A stretch of DNA of 64,000 nucleotides. It comes from Methanomethylovorans sp. (GTDB lineage: Archaea; Halobacteriota; Methanosarcinia; Methanosarcinales; Methanosarcinaceae). The notes under the pieces are model-generated. The model did not search any database. It saw nothing but the letters and a program-made list of their open reading frames with translations, and was not told where the DNA came from. Positions 29,319 to 40,049 of this stretch are shown here, in pieces. The DNA lies in assembly GCF_041305605.1 (NCBI RefSeq), contig NZ_JBFYLB010000170.1, positions 3,542-67,541 on the forward strand, given 5' to 3'. The stretch's first letter is position 1. The number at the start of each line of letters is the position of its first letter. The position numbers and the translations under genes are program-made.

Positions 29319-30599
29319 ATGCTTTACGGAAAACTATCAGAACTTCCCGAAAGGGAAATACAAGTACTCATAGAACGCGGAGGAGAGCTTGCAAATGTCA
29401 GTGATACGGTCTCTTCCATACTTGCGGATGTACGCAGTGAGGGGGATATAGCCCTAAGGAAATATACTCAACGTTTTGATGGTGCAAAAATCGATGCCAT
29501 CGAGATATCTAAAGATGAAGTGGAAAACGCATACAACAGTATAGATAAGGAGCTTATCAGGCATCTGGAAATAGCTGCAGGGAACATCCGCAAATTCCAT
29601 GAGGCACAGATGCCTGAAAAGATGTGGTTCATGCAGCTTGTTCCGGGGATCGAGCTGGGGCAGAAGGTCACTGCACTTGCAAGCGTAGGTGCTTATGTGC
29701 CCGGAGGTCGGGCCTCATATCCTTCCACTGCACTTATGACCATCATACCTGCAAAGGTTGCAGGTGTAAGGAATATTGTAATGTGTACGCCACCTGGTCC
29801 TGACGGAAGAGTCAACCCCCTTACATTGGCAGCAGCAAAAGTTGCAGGTGCTGATCATGTGTACCGCGTTGGCGGTGTACAGGCCATCGCTGCTATGGCT
29901 TATGGCACGGAGAGCGTGATGAGGGTAGACAAGATAGTGGGTCCCGGGAACGTGTACGTGACAGCAGCTAAGATGCAAATAAGAGATATGGCAGAGATAG
30001 ATTTCCCTGCAGGACCAAGTGAAGTGCTGATAATTGCCGATGATTCCGCACACCCTGCGATGATTGCGGCCGATATGATAGCACAGGCAGAGCATGACCC
30101 CCAGGCAGTATCTGTACTGGTGACAACGTCCGAAAGCCTTGCCTCTAAGGTCAAAGAAGAAGTTATTGAGCAGGCACAAAGCACTGTAAGGAAAGAGATA
30201 GTAAATTCATCACTGAAGAATGCAGCCATACTGATAGCTGATTCCATTGAACAGTGCATAACACTCTCAAACAGCTTCGCTCCGGAACACCTGGAGATAA
30301 TGACAAAGAACGACGATATGGTACTTAAGAACATAGAGCACGCGGGTTCAATTTTCGTGGGTAACTACGCTCCAGTTCCTGTCGGTGATTATGCATCCGG
30401 TACAAACCACGTATTACCCACTGCCGGATATGCCAGAATGTACTCCGGCCTCAATATAATGCATTTTCTGAAGGTTTCCAGCATCCAGCGTATCAGCAAG
30501 GAAGGACTTGCCACTATCCGGGATACTGTAATAGCCCTTGCTGAAAAAGAAGGATTGCAAGCACATGCCGATGCCATACGCATACGCTTTTCCAGCTAA
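29319..30599 (+). CDS. hisD: Histidinol dehydrogenase
   Basis: 426 aa. [13 protein letters not shown] and NHVLPT zinc/NAD site motifs. Confidence 0.9.
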   Translation: MLYGKLSELPEREIQVLIERGGELANVSDTVSSILADVRSEGDIALRKYTQRFDGAKIDAIEISKDEVENAYNSIDKELIRHLEIAAGNIRKFHEAQMPEKMWFMQLVPGIELGQKVTALASVGAYVPGGRASYPSTALMTIIPAKVAGVRNIVMCTPPGPDGRVNPLTLAAAKVAGADHVYRVGGVQAIAAMAYGTESVMRVDKIVGPGNVYVTAAKMQIRDMAEIDFPAGPSEVLIIADDSAHPAMIAADMIAQAEHDPQAVSVLVTTSESLASKVKEEVIEQAQSTVRKEIVNSSLKNAAILIADSIEQCITLSNSFAPEHLEIMTKNDDMVLKNIEHAGSIFVGNYAPVPVGDYASGTNHVLPTAGYARMYSGLNIMHFLKVSSIQRISKEGLATIRDTVIALAEKEGLQAHADAIRIRFSS

Positions 30600-30700
30600 G
30601 GCCTAATATAGTATCTGTTTCAATCGACAATTATTTAATAGGTGAATACCTAATTTGTTTAATAAGTTATTTTTGGAATCAAACCGGTGGGGGGCCACCT

Positions 30701-31102
30701 ATGAAAATAAGAGTTGTAAGTTCCAGAGAAGAGATAAATGAGCTCAATCCGAATGAGAAAGTGATACATCTCGCTTTCCGTCCGTCGAACAAGGATATAT
30801 TCAGCCTTGTACAGACCTGCACGAAAGTAGAGGTTATCCAGATACCAGGTTCTTACAGGAGAACAGTGTCCAAGTCCATAGAGATGTTCCTGCAAATGCA
30901 GAATATCAAACTGGTAGAAGGAGATGTATGGGGTCACAGGAAGGATATAAACGAGTATTTTAGCATATCACCTACCATTATGGACAAAATTAAGGAAATG
31001 AAGGCTGAAGGCAGGTCTGATGCTGAGATAGCCGATAAGATCGAAAGGGAAGGGAAACTTAACAGGGAAATGATATTCTACATACTCGGAAAGCAAAAGT
31101 GA
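30701..31102 (+). CDS. DUF1699-family protein (Methanosarcinales-restricted, unknown function)
   Basis: MKIRVVSS..EINELNPNEKVIHLAFRPSNKDIF...IEMFLQMQNIKLVEGDVWGHRKDINEY matches my memory of DUF1699 proteins. GGTGGGGGG SD upstream. Confidence 0.55.
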   Translation: MKIRVVSSREEINELNPNEKVIHLAFRPSNKDIFSLVQTCTKVEVIQIPGSYRRTVSKSIEMFLQMQNIKLVEGDVWGHRKDINEYFSISPTIMDKIKEMKAEGRSDAEIADKIEREGKLNREMIFYILGKQK

Positions 31103-31246
31103 ACAAATCTTTAAGCTATTACCTACTACTCCATCTTCCGTACCTGAAATGGTTTGTCTTTTAAGCGGCACTTATATGGCATCCCAACGATGCCTATAAA
31201 TAACTTTATCACTTCATCTTTTGAAAACACGATAGGTTTTGCGATA

Positions 31247-32011
31247 ATGACTGATAACTATGGAAAAGTATACCTTGTGGGTTCAGGTCCTGGAGACCCT
31301 GAACTGCTTACTCTGAAGGCACGAAGGCTTATTGACAATGCAGATGTGATCATATATGACCAGCTTCCGGGTGAAGCAATACTATCTTCTATTCCTCAAA
31401 ATACCCAGAAGATCGATGCAGGAAAATATGCCGGAGATCACACGCTACCCCAAGACAGAATAAACGAACTGATAGTAGAAAAGGCAAAAGAAGGCAAAAT
31501 GGTGGTACGCCTCAAAGGTGGAGACCCTTATGTCTTTGGCCGGGGGGGCGAGGAAGCTCAGGAATTAATAAAGGCAGGAATCAGTTTCGAGATAGTGCCA
31601 GGCATAACATCTGCTATTTCTGCACCTGCCTATGCCGGCATCCCTGTGACACACAGGGACCATGCCTCCATGGTTACTTTTATAACCGGTCATGAAGACC
31701 CTACCAAGGAAGAAAGCGCACTGGACTGGGAAACACTTGCAAAGTTCCCTGGCACTATTGTGATCCTGATGGGTGTCAAGATGCTGGAACGCAATGTAAA
31801 TGAACTTATGAGGTACGGCAAAGCGCCGTCCACACCAATAGCACTGATAGAGAGGGGAACCCGTCCGGACCAGAGAGTAACTGTAGGCACGCTTGAAAAT
31901 ATTGTATCCCTTAAGAAGGAAAGAAAAGTAAAAACCCCTGCAATTACTATAATCGGTGATGTCGTTAAATTACACGATGAACTTGGTGAACAGATCCTGG
32001 GAAGGAGTTAA
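31247..32011 (+). CDS. cobA: Uroporphyrinogen-III C-methyltransferase (SUMT)
   Basis: GKVYLVGSGPGDPELLTLKA and VVRLKGGDPYVFGRGGEE. The start is set at ATG 31247. The upstream 31 codons in the track lack similarity. Confidence 0.85.
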   Translation: MTDNYGKVYLVGSGPGDPELLTLKARRLIDNADVIIYDQLPGEAILSSIPQNTQKIDAGKYAGDHTLPQDRINELIVEKAKEGKMVVRLKGGDPYVFGRGGEEAQELIKAGISFEIVPGITSAISAPAYAGIPVTHRDHASMVTFITGHEDPTKEESALDWETLAKFPGTIVILMGVKMLERNVNELMRYGKAPSTPIALIERGTRPDQRVTVGTLENIVSLKKERKVKTPAITIIGDVVKLHDELGEQILGRS

Positions 32012-32016
32012 TTGAA

Positions 32017-32820
32017 ATGGCTGATGAAAAAAGACCTGTTCTGGCCATCATGCGGCCATCTGTATACAAAGAAGAATCAGTGAAGCTTGCAGAGTCCATG
32101 GGATTCGATACCTTGGCAGTTCCCATGATAGAACTTACAGGAATGCAGGATTCTTCATTCAAACCTTTTTTTGAGCACATCGTGAAAAAAGAAGCTGATT
32201 ATGTGATATTCACAAGTGCCAATGGACTGGACTTTACATTACAGAAGATACCTTACGTTATGCGTGATATGTTTGTAGAGGCTTTGAACCGCACAAACGT
32301 CATAGCTATCGGACCTACTACAAAAAAAGCCCTGGAAGAGAAGGGCATCAAAGTAATGGGCATGCCAGGAGTGTACAGTTCAAAGGGTCTGGTAGAATAT
32401 CTTTGTAAGGATGTCAAAGGTAAGAACGTAGACTTGGCTCGCAGCGTCTTTGGCTCAACTGTGCTCACTGAGGGACTCGCCCGTTGTGGTGCGAATGTTC
32501 TGGAAACAAAAGTGTACAGCCTCTTTAAGCCGGATAGTGAGGAGCAAAAGGACCTGATAAGGTCTGCTCTGAAAGGCAAGATCGCGGCTTTTGCCTTTAC
32601 CAGTTCCATGATGGTACATAATTTCTTTGAAGTTGCAAAAGAGATCGGAACCGAAGATAATATCGTACAGGTGCTCAATGGCTCCATAGTAGCAGCTATT
32701 GGCTTGCCGACAGCTGAAACATTACGCAGCTACAATGTGAATGTCTCCGTGATTCCGGAAGAGTACACCTTTGAAGAGATATTGAGAAAGGTTAAGGACA
32801 TGCTTCCTGCATGTTCCTGA
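32017..32820 (+). CDS. hemD: Uroporphyrinogen-III synthase
   Basis: Two-lobed HemD pattern with a repeated FTSANG/FTSSMMV motif. It lies immediately 3' of cobA. Confidence 0.7.
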   Translation: MADEKRPVLAIMRPSVYKEESVKLAESMGFDTLAVPMIELTGMQDSSFKPFFEHIVKKEADYVIFTSANGLDFTLQKIPYVMRDMFVEALNRTNVIAIGPTTKKALEEKGIKVMGMPGVYSSKGLVEYLCKDVKGKNVDLARSVFGSTVLTEGLARCGANVLETKVYSLFKPDSEEQKDLIRSALKGKIAAFAFTSSMMVHNFFEVAKEIGTEDNIVQVLNGSIVAAIGLPTAETLRSYNVNVSVIPEEYTFEEILRKVKDMLPACS

Positions 32821-32935
32821 AAAACCTATTTATACCATTTTTTCTTTTTCTCATGCAAATTTAGGACAAAAAGGACAAATGCCGTGAAAGCTGTATTTGT
32901 ATGCCTTATTCTACTTACATATCGGGACAACTATC

Positions 32936-34138
32936 ATGATAGGGATTTCAAAACTATATTGTGGGACCGTGGAACCATCGGATGCTCTAAGATACGGCAG
33001 GGATTCTAAAAAACTCCCCTCCCATCTTTTACAGTTCTCAATTGACAAAAAACCTGTTGTCGTCTGGAATGTGACCAGACGCTGCAACCTCAAATGTGTC
33101 CATTGTTATGCACATTCCAGAGATATTGATTACAAGAACGAACTGACCACCGAAGAGGGTAAGGCGCTTATAGATGACCTAGCTGACTTTGGCTGCCCTG
33201 TGATCCTGTTCTCAGGAGGAGAGCCTTTGATGCGCAAGGACCTTCCAGAACTAGCCGCATACGCCAGATCCAAAGGAAGAAGAGCGGTAATTTCTACGAA
33301 TGGGACTCTCATAGATAAAGAAATGGCAAAAAAACTGAAAGAGATCGGATTGTCTTATGTGGGTATCTCACTGGATGGAATGAGAGAGACAAATGACAAA
33401 TTCAGAGGATGTGAAGGTGCTTTTGATGCTGCTCTTGAGGGACTACGCAACTGCAGAAGCGAGGGGATCAAGGTCGGGCTCAGGTTCACCATCAATAAAC
33501 ATAATGTACATGATATCCCCGCCATATTCGACCTGATCGAAAAAGAGAACATCCCACGCATATGCTTCTACCACCTGGTATATGCAGGCAGGGGATCTGA
33601 CATGGTAGAAGAGGACCTAAGTCTTGAAGAAAGCCGTAAAGTAGTATACCTGATAATGGAAAAGACTAGGCAGTTACATGAGAAAGGAATGCTGGCAGAA
33701 GTACTCACCGTTGACAATCACTGCGATGGACCATACATCTATCTTAAACTCCTTAAAGAAGATCCACAAAGAGCTGCAGAGGTATATTCACTGCTGCAGA
33801 TGAACCAGGGAAATTCTACAGGCATAGGCATAGGTTGTGTCTCATGGGATGGCTCGGTCCATCCTGACCAGTTCTGGAGACATTATACTTTTGGAAATAT
33901 CCGGGAAAGGAAGTTCAGTGAGATATGGAGAGATACCACTGACGAGCTGATGGCAGGTCTTAAGGACCGCAAGCCTCTGATAAAACAACATGCGGACAGG
34001 TGTGCAAGGTGCAAATGGCTGGAAGTATGCAATGCTAATTTCAGGGTCAGGGCCGAAGCTGTGTATGACAATGTATGGGCCGATGACCCGGCCTGCTACC
34101 TCACCGACGAGGAAATAGGCTACCACAGGAAGGACTAA
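32936..34138 (+). CDS. Radical SAM/SPASM enzyme of the NirJ family (alternative heme pathway AhbC or AhbD)
   Basis: LYCGTVEPSDALRYGR..VVVWNVTRRCNLKCVHCY (CX3CX2C) and a C-terminal auxiliary cluster CARCKWLEVC. It neighbours cobA-hemD. I cannot separate AhbC from AhbD by eye. Confidence 0.7.
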   Translation: MIGISKLYCGTVEPSDALRYGRDSKKLPSHLLQFSIDKKPVVVWNVTRRCNLKCVHCYAHSRDIDYKNELTTEEGKALIDDLADFGCPVILFSGGEPLMRKDLPELAAYARSKGRRAVISTNGTLIDKEMAKKLKEIGLSYVGISLDGMRETNDKFRGCEGAFDAALEGLRNCRSEGIKVGLRFTINKHNVHDIPAIFDLIEKENIPRICFYHLVYAGRGSDMVEEDLSLEESRKVVYLIMEKTRQLHEKGMLAEVLTVDNHCDGPYIYLKLLKEDPQRAAEVYSLLQMNQGNSTGIGIGCVSWDGSVHPDQFWRHYTFGNIRERKFSEIWRDTTDELMAGLKDRKPLIKQHADRCARCKWLEVCNANFRVRAEAVYDNVWADDPACYLTDEEIGYHRKD

Positions 34139-34342
34139 ACTTCCACTTTCAACTTTGCATGCAGGCAAAGATATATTCCACGAAGAGGCCTGCCAGTACC
34201 ATAGCCAACAATAATACAAATAACGTTTTTAAGAACATTGCAAACAAAGGCATCACCTGTCTGCTTACCTTTTGCTTACAGTGAGTGTGGACAGGTATAT
34301 AAAGAGCATGACCTCCAAAGAGGCCATAAAGATCCGAAAAAG

Positions 34343-34693
34343 TTAAACTTCTATACAGTTCTGCCAGACACCGTGGATATTGCAGTATTCCAGAGCGCAG
34401 AAAGCCTTGAAATTATCAATGTTGTTGATATGGAAACTGGCTGTTGGCTGTGTGTGCACAGGCTCGAAGTTCATTCTTCCAAAGTCAATGGTCTTCCCAT
34501 CCTTTGTGATACCGTAAAGTTCAACCCATTCAATGTGATGTTCCACTGTGTTGGGATGAGGTACTTCCTTACCCACAACCACCCGTACAAAATCAGCACC
34601 AGTTGAGCCATGACCTCTTATGATCTCGATGACTGGAACATGTTTCTCTTTACCCTCTACTTCCTTTCCTTTGAGTGCTTCTCCGAATTGCAT
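34343..34693 (-). CDS. sor: Superoxide reductase (1Fe-SOR, neelaredoxin/desulfoferrodoxin centre II type)
   Basis: EKHVPVI, VPHPNTVEHHIEW and YCNIHGVW give the four-His/one-Cys iron site. Confidence 0.85.
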   Translation of the reverse strand: MQFGEALKGKEVEGKEKHVPVIEIIRGHGSTGADFVRVVVGKEVPHPNTVEHHIEWVELYGITKDGKTIDFGRMNFEPVHTQPTASFHINNIDNFKAFCALEYCNIHGVWQNCIEV

Positions 34694-34740
34694 TATGTCA
34701 CCTTTCTATTTACTACCGTATATCTTTATTCCGTTCATTC

Positions 34741-35094
34741 CTAGTTTGCTGACGGTGTGAACACACGTACAGAGAGTTCTTTGTCAAATATGAAAAGACT
34801 GCTGGTGTTATCACCTATAAGTTTAAGCTTGGATATGACCTCATTGTCGTTGCTTTCTTCTTCGACCTGTTCTGTAACGAACCACTGGAGGAATATCTAA
34901 GTTGCATAGTCCTTTTCTTCCAGGGCAAGAGTTACGAGTTCGTGGATCGAACTTGTAATGAACTGTTCGTGTTTCAATGTAGCCTGGAACATTTCCATAG
35001 GTGTGCCAAATTCCGAAGGCGGTTTCTCTATTGCCCGGGGGACTACTTTTTCGCCCTGCTCATAAAGTGCTTTCAGCATCTTTTGGCTTAACAT
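34741..35094 (-). pseudogene. Decayed ferritin gene: about 51 codons deleted in frame, plus an in-frame TAG
   Basis: Own translation: MLSQKMLKALYEQ/GEKVVPRAIEKPPSEF..IHELVTLALEEKDYAT-TAG-IFLQWFVTEQVEEESNDNEVISKLKLIGDNTSSLFIFDKELSVRVFTPSAN. Both the N- and C-terminal ferritin blocks are present, but helices A-B with the ferroxidase ligands are missing. Confidence 0.65.
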
Positions 35095-35124
35095 CTCAAC
35101 ATTCTACTTTTTAGTCCTGTTCAT

Positions 35125-35475
35125 TCAAAATACGACGATCTCATATCCTTCCTCTACATATCTGGCCATGCTCGGATGCCCGAACATCTCATCACACAAG
35201 TGAAGCCCTTGTTCTTTTGCACTGTCAATACTGTCCATCTTCTGGGCGCACGCCTTGCAGACACAGTCCACAAGACCTGCTTTCTTCACTTTCATGTAAA
35301 GGCTCGAAAATGGCTTTGTAGGATCTATAAGTTCAGATATGTTCCTGGTAGCCGAACCCTCGATGACCAGTTTTACATCATGTCCCCTTTCTTTCATGTC
35401 TATAGCATTCATCAACGCATGAGCAAAACACATAGGCTCACCATTGAAAGCAAAAACAGCTATTTTCTTGCCCAT
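35125..35475 (-). CDS. DsrE/DsrF-like small protein (function unknown)
   Basis: 116 aa. The KIAVFAFNGEP...CFAHAL start and conserved Cys (CVCKAC) resemble DsrE-fold proteins. The assignment is tentative. Confidence 0.45.
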   Translation of the reverse strand: MGKKIAVFAFNGEPMCFAHALMNAIDMKERGHDVKLVIEGSATRNISELIDPTKPFSSLYMKVKKAGLVDCVCKACAQKMDSIDSAKEQGLHLCDEMFGHPSMARYVEEGYEIVVF

Positions 35476-35679
35476 ATAGTCTCCTCCAATACGGTGTAAT
35501 GGCTACCCCTAATGGAATTGAACTGGTTCATATAAAGGATTTTCGGTATCTGTAACCGATGTCCCAATTACCGCGTCTATTGCACCCGAAGATGACATCA
35601 ACCAGATATATTTAAATAATGAAAAACCACTGTTACGGATACTATACAATCACTACATCATATTTATCGGAGAGTTGCA

Positions 35680-38280
35680 ATGACGGTTCCAAAGGAATAT
35701 ATCCCTCATGAGGTCGAACCAAAGTGGAAGGAAGCATGGGACATGTCCATGTACCATTTCGACTGGGAAGATTACAAAAAGCCACAGTTCATCATCGACA
35801 CACCTCCACCTTATCCCACTGGTAATTTCCATATAGGGAACTCTCTTAACTGGTGTTACATCGATTTTGTTGCCCGGTACAAGCGTATGTGCGGATACAA
35901 TGTAATGTTCCCGCAGGGCTGGGACTGCCATGGGCTTCCCACAGAAGTAAAGGTGGAAGAGATCCACAACATCACAAAGAACCAAGTTCCCAGAAAAGAG
36001 TTCAGGAGAATGTGCCGTGAACTGACAAACAACAACATTGCAAAAATGCGCAATACAATGATGAACCTGGGTTTCTCCGTAGACTGGAGTAATGAGTTCA
36101 TCACCATGGAACCTGCATACTACTCCAAGACACAGCGCTCTTTCCGCAGGATGTATGACATGGGCAGGATCTACCAGTCGGAGCATCCTGTGAACTGGTG
36201 CCCAAGATGTGAAACTGCTATTGCCTTTGCGGAAGTCGAATACGAAGGTAGGAGCACGAAGCTGAATTTCCTCAATTTCGATAAATTGAAGATAGCCACC
36301 ACCAGGCCCGAACTGCTGGCAGCATGTGTGGCAGTTGCGATAAACCCCGAAGATGAACGTTACAACGCGCATATCGGAAACAAGGTAAAAGTGCCTCTAT
36401 TCGGACATGAAGTTCCTGTAATAGGCGATAGTGTAGTTGATCCCGTATTTGGTACGGGCGTTGTGATGATCTGTACCTTTGGTGATAAGCAGGACGTACG
36501 CTGGTGGGTGGAACATAAACTACCCCTGCGCAAGGCCATTGATAAGAACGGCCTTATGACAAAGATCGCAGGCAAATATGCAGGTATGACAATTCCGGAA
36601 TGTAAGGAAGCGGTCATAGAAGATCTAAGATCAGAGGGCTACCTCTTTGAGCAGAAGGAACTCGAGCAGAACGTGGGAATGTGCTGGAGATGTGACACGC
36701 CCATAGAGATCCTCTCTGAAAAGCAATGGTTCGTCAAAATAGATACCAATGATGTCAAAAAAGCTGCCGATGAGATCAACTGGACACCTGAACATATGAA
36801 GGTCAGGCTTGAGAACTGGTTGGGTACCATGGAATGGGACTGGTGTATCTCCAGGCAGCGCATATTTGCAACCCCTATACCCGTATGGTATTGTAAGGAT
36901 TGTGGAGAGGTATTTGTGGCAAAGGAAGAGTGGATGCCCATTGACCCTACACAGGAATCACCCCGGGAACCATGCAGCAGATGTGGCAGCACTTATTTCG
37001 AACCTGAAGAAGATGTACTTGATACATGGATGGATTCTTCCATTACCGTCCAGCACGTAACTGGCTGGCTCACTAATCATAAAAGCAGATTGCCGGCACA
37101 GTTGAGACCACAGGGTCATGACATTATCAGGACATGGACCTTCTATACGATCCTTAGGTCCATGGCACTTGCAGGCAAACGTCCCTGGGATTCCATACTT
37201 GTAAATGGCATGGTCCTGGGAGAGGATGGCCACAAGATGAGCAAGTCCCTGGGCAATATAATAGCTCCTGAAGAGGTAATTGAAAAATACAGTGCTGATT
37301 CTTTCAGACAATGGGCAGCCATAGGAGGTTCCCCTGGTTCAGATGTGATGTTCCGATGGAAGGATGTAGTATCTGCATCACGCTTCTTCGCCAAAATGTG
37401 GAGCATATACAGGTTCTCCGTTTCCCACTTAGATGACCTGGATACAGCCTATGTACCCAAAAAAGAGGAACTCCATATTGTGGACAGATGGTTGTTCGAC
37501 AAGTTGTACGAACTGATAACTACAGCAACTGCGAACATGGATGCATATCAGTTCGATGAGGCTTTCAAGGCCATAAGAGGTTTTGCCTGGGAGGTAGTGG
37601 CAGATAATTACATAGAACTTGTCAAGTCTCGCTTGTATGGCAACAATGCACCTGACAAAAAAGCAGCACAGTACACACTATACGTAACAATAGACGTACT
37701 GACAAAATTGCTGGCTCCATTTGCACCTTTCTTCGCAGAGGAAATGTATTCGAGGCTGGGAACTGGCAGTGTACATATGCAAGCGTGGCCAAAGGCTGAA
37801 GCCTCCTGGAAGGATGAAGAAGCCAGTAAAGCCGGAGAACTCGTTAAAGAGATCGTAAGCAGCGTGAGACGGTATAAATCCGAGCATGGTATTGCCCTGA
37901 ATGCTCCTTTGAAGAAATTGGAGATATATGGAGTGCTGACCGATGTCATTGACGTCATCGGTGCAACAAACACTCCAGTAGAAGTAATTTCAGGTAACCC
38001 CGATTTCGAGCACGTACCAGTGAATGTCAAGCCTAACATGGGAGTCATTGGTCCTAAGTTCAAAGGCCAGGCAAAGGCCATAATTGATGCTTTGGCAGAA
38101 GCTAATCCAAAAAAGTTAGTGAGCGAGATAGAACAGAATGGCAAGATAAGCCTTCATACCAACAGTGGCATTGTAGAGCTCGGTCCTGAAAGCGTGGAGA
38201 TAGAAAAAGAAGTGATCTCTGCCGGCAGAGCTGTGGATGTATTGGATGTAAGGGGCATTCCTGTCGTAGTGATAAGATGA
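35680..38280 (+). CDS. valS: Valyl-tRNA synthetase
   Basis: [13 protein letters not shown] (HIGH) and HKMSKSLGN (KMSKS), with a CP1 editing domain containing zinc knuckles (WCPRCET, CWRCDT). Confidence 0.9.
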   Translation: MTVPKEYIPHEVEPKWKEAWDMSMYHFDWEDYKKPQFIIDTPPPYPTGNFHIGNSLNWCYIDFVARYKRMCGYNVMFPQGWDCHGLPTEVKVEEIHNITKNQVPRKEFRRMCRELTNNNIAKMRNTMMNLGFSVDWSNEFITMEPAYYSKTQRSFRRMYDMGRIYQSEHPVNWCPRCETAIAFAEVEYEGRSTKLNFLNFDKLKIATTRPELLAACVAVAINPEDERYNAHIGNKVKVPLFGHEVPVIGDSVVDPVFGTGVVMICTFGDKQDVRWWVEHKLPLRKAIDKNGLMTKIAGKYAGMTIPECKEAVIEDLRSEGYLFEQKELEQNVGMCWRCDTPIEILSEKQWFVKIDTNDVKKAADEINWTPEHMKVRLENWLGTMEWDWCISRQRIFATPIPVWYCKDCGEVFVAKEEWMPIDPTQESPREPCSRCGSTYFEPEEDVLDTWMDSSITVQHVTGWLTNHKSRLPAQLRPQGHDIIRTWTFYTILRSMALAGKRPWDSILVNGMVLGEDGHKMSKSLGNIIAPEEVIEKYSADSFRQWAAIGGSPGSDVMFRWKDVVSASRFFAKMWSIYRFSVSHLDDLDTAYVPKKEELHIVDRWLFDKLYELITTATANMDAYQFDEAFKAIRGFAWEVVADNYIELVKSRLYGNNAPDKKAAQYTLYVTIDVLTKLLAPFAPFFAEEMYSRLGTGSVHMQAWPKAEASWKDEEASKAGELVKEIVSSVRRYKSEHGIALNAPLKKLEIYGVLTDVIDVIGATNTPVEVISGNPDFEHVPVNVKPNMGVIGPKFKGQAKAIIDALAEANPKKLVSEIEQNGKISLHTNSGIVELGPESVEIEKEVISAGRAVDVLDVRGIPVVVIR

Positions 38281-38369
38281 GAGGGGAGACCATTGCTCCC
38301 CTTTCGTAATCTTTAATTGTGCTGGTGCCCTATGATACTAATCACTGGAAAAAGGAACCAGGTGGTCCC

Positions 38370-38855
38370 TTGAAGATCAGAGGAAGGATACAACTAAGGA
38401 AATCTGCCAAGAACAAACTCCTTGATGACCTCAGACCCATATATGGAGACACAGTGGTGGAGAAGATTGCATCGTACAAATTTGAACATGCTGATGCAGG
38501 TGACACTTCTGTGATCCTCATAGATGGTAAAGTGCTTTTATTTGCAGTTGACGATATTTATTTCCCAACTGTCAGAGGTGTCATGGAACTTGGCTTTGAG
38601 AAGAATGTGGTAGTAGTTGATTCTGGTGCCGTGCGCTTTGTAGTAAATGGTGCAGATGTTATGAGTCCCGGTATAGTTCGTGCCGATGAGAGTATTTTGG
38701 AAGGGGACCCCGTGATCGTCAAAGAAGAGAAATATGGCAAGCCTCTTGCCATTGGTAAGGCACTTGTCCCGGGGAAAGCCATGGTTTCAGATTCGGGAAA
38801 AGCTGTGAAATCCCTGCATCATGTGGGTGATGAGATATGGAATCTCGAGGTGTAA
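38370..38855 (+). CDS. PUA-domain RNA-binding protein (MCT-1/Tma20-like)
   Basis: C-terminal PUA block AVRFVVNGADVMSPGI...GDPVIV..EKYGKPLAIGKAL. TTG at 38370 follows AGGTGGT and gives the usual MKIR.R..LRK start. The track ORF begins at GTG 38319. Confidence 0.7.
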   Translation: MKIRGRIQLRKSAKNKLLDDLRPIYGDTVVEKIASYKFEHADAGDTSVILIDGKVLLFAVDDIYFPTVRGVMELGFEKNVVVVDSGAVRFVVNGADVMSPGIVRADESILEGDPVIVKEEKYGKPLAIGKALVPGKAMVSDSGKAVKSLHHVGDEIWNLEV

Positions 38856-38988
38856 GGAGACAGGGCATAATCATTAAAATATATGGGTGTTCTTATAAAT
38901 AATGAAGGTGCTAAAGCAGTATAGATAATGTTAACTCAATCAGTCTAATAATGAAATGAACACTACAATTTGATAAAGGGTGCATGTT

Positions 38989-39369
38989 ATGGCAAAGTTA
39001 ATGGATAAGTTTTTTGGCGCAACTAAAAAATCGTCTACCGGTGAAGATGAGTTCACTGAGCTTGATCTGAGCAAGTATGAAGAAGTAGTAGGAGAAGAGC
39101 CTGCAGAAACATATGTGAGAGTGGCGGAACTTACAAATCTGAATGATCTGGCATTGCTCAAGAAAGAAGTGTATGAGGGCAATATTCTGATGATCGACAT
39201 ATCCACTATCAAGAACGATAAACTTATGCTGGACAGAGCTTTGAAGGACCTGAAAGATGTTGTCGTAGATGTGCATGGAGATATAGCCGGACTTAAAGAA
39301 GACCAGGTGCTTGTAACCCCCACGGGTATCAAGATAGATCGTTCAAAGATAGTTGGTGGAAGATATTGA
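38989..39369 (+). CDS. sepF: Cell division protein SepF (archaeal FtsZ anchor)
   Basis: MAKLMDKFFG...YVRVAEL..L.DL..LK.EVYEGNILMIDIS......L.DLKDVV.DV.GDIAGL.EDQVLVTPTGIKIDR aligns with haloarchaeal SepF as I remember it. Confidence 0.75.
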   Translation: MAKLMDKFFGATKKSSTGEDEFTELDLSKYEEVVGEEPAETYVRVAELTNLNDLALLKKEVYEGNILMIDISTIKNDKLMLDRALKDLKDVVVDVHGDIAGLKEDQVLVTPTGIKIDRSKIVGGRY

Positions 39370-40001
39370 ACATTGAGTGTCCGCAGGCTGCATTCGTCAC
39401 CCGTACGCAATGTCCTCTTTGCCATAAAGAGATAATAATGAATTGGGAAAGAGATGATATTCCATATTTCGGGGATGTCATGTACATTACTGCATGCTGC
39501 GATTGTAGTTTTCGTTTCACTGATACGATAATCCTGGCTCAGAAAGAACCTGTCCGATACGAACTAGTCATAGAAGGACCAGAAGACCTTTATGCTAAGG
39601 TCGTGCGCTCTACTTCAGGGACTATAGAGGTCCCTGAGCTTGGAATAATTGTGGAGCCTGGTTCTATCTCCGAATCATACATAACAAACATCGAAGGTTT
39701 GCTTGACCGGATACTTGGAGTTGTGGTCAGCGCAACAAAATGGGTAGCGGATGAGCCTGAAAAATATGAACGTGGCCTCCAATTACAGGAAATGATACAC
39801 GAAGCTGTAGATGGTAAAAGGAAACTTACCGTAATTATAGAAGATCCTCTGGGAAATAGTGCCATAATATCCGAAAAAGCTGTATCCTGCAAGCTTACCC
39901 CGGAACAGGCACGCATGCTGAAAACAGGCATGATAGTTTTCGATGCAGAGAGTTCTGAAATCGAAATAGATGGGTATGACGAACATATGATCGGAAATTA
40001 A
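39366..40001 (+). CDS. ZPR1-type zinc finger protein
   Basis: CPLC...IPYFGDVMYITACCDC zinc finger followed by the ZPR1 beta-barrel A-domain. The TTG start overlaps the sepF stop. Confidence 0.7.
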   Translation: MNIECPQAAFVTRTQCPLCHKEIIMNWERDDIPYFGDVMYITACCDCSFRFTDTIILAQKEPVRYELVIEGPEDLYAKVVRSTSGTIEVPELGIIVEPGSISESYITNIEGLLDRILGVVVSATKWVADEPEKYERGLQLQEMIHEAVDGKRKLTVIIEDPLGNSAIISEKAVSCKLTPEQARMLKTGMIVFDAESSEIEIDGYDEHMIGN

Positions 40002-40049
40002 CACCTGTCAATCCAATAACTAGCGGTTAAAAAGTATACGGAGATAAAC

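Noticed and set aside
34897-34899. The in-frame TAG in the ferritin-like gene as a genuine, functional pyrrolysine codon.
   Set aside because: The codon replaces a conserved Tyr (one substitution from TAY). The same gene has also lost about 51 codons that include its catalytic ligands. Gene decay explains both lesions more simply. Read-through remains possible only as a by-product.
35653-36372. 239-aa minus-strand ORF at the start of valS.
   Set aside because: It is antisense to ValRS, which has HIGH/KMSKS motifs. The translation is Cys/His/Val-rich with no recognisable domain. It is a shadow ORF.
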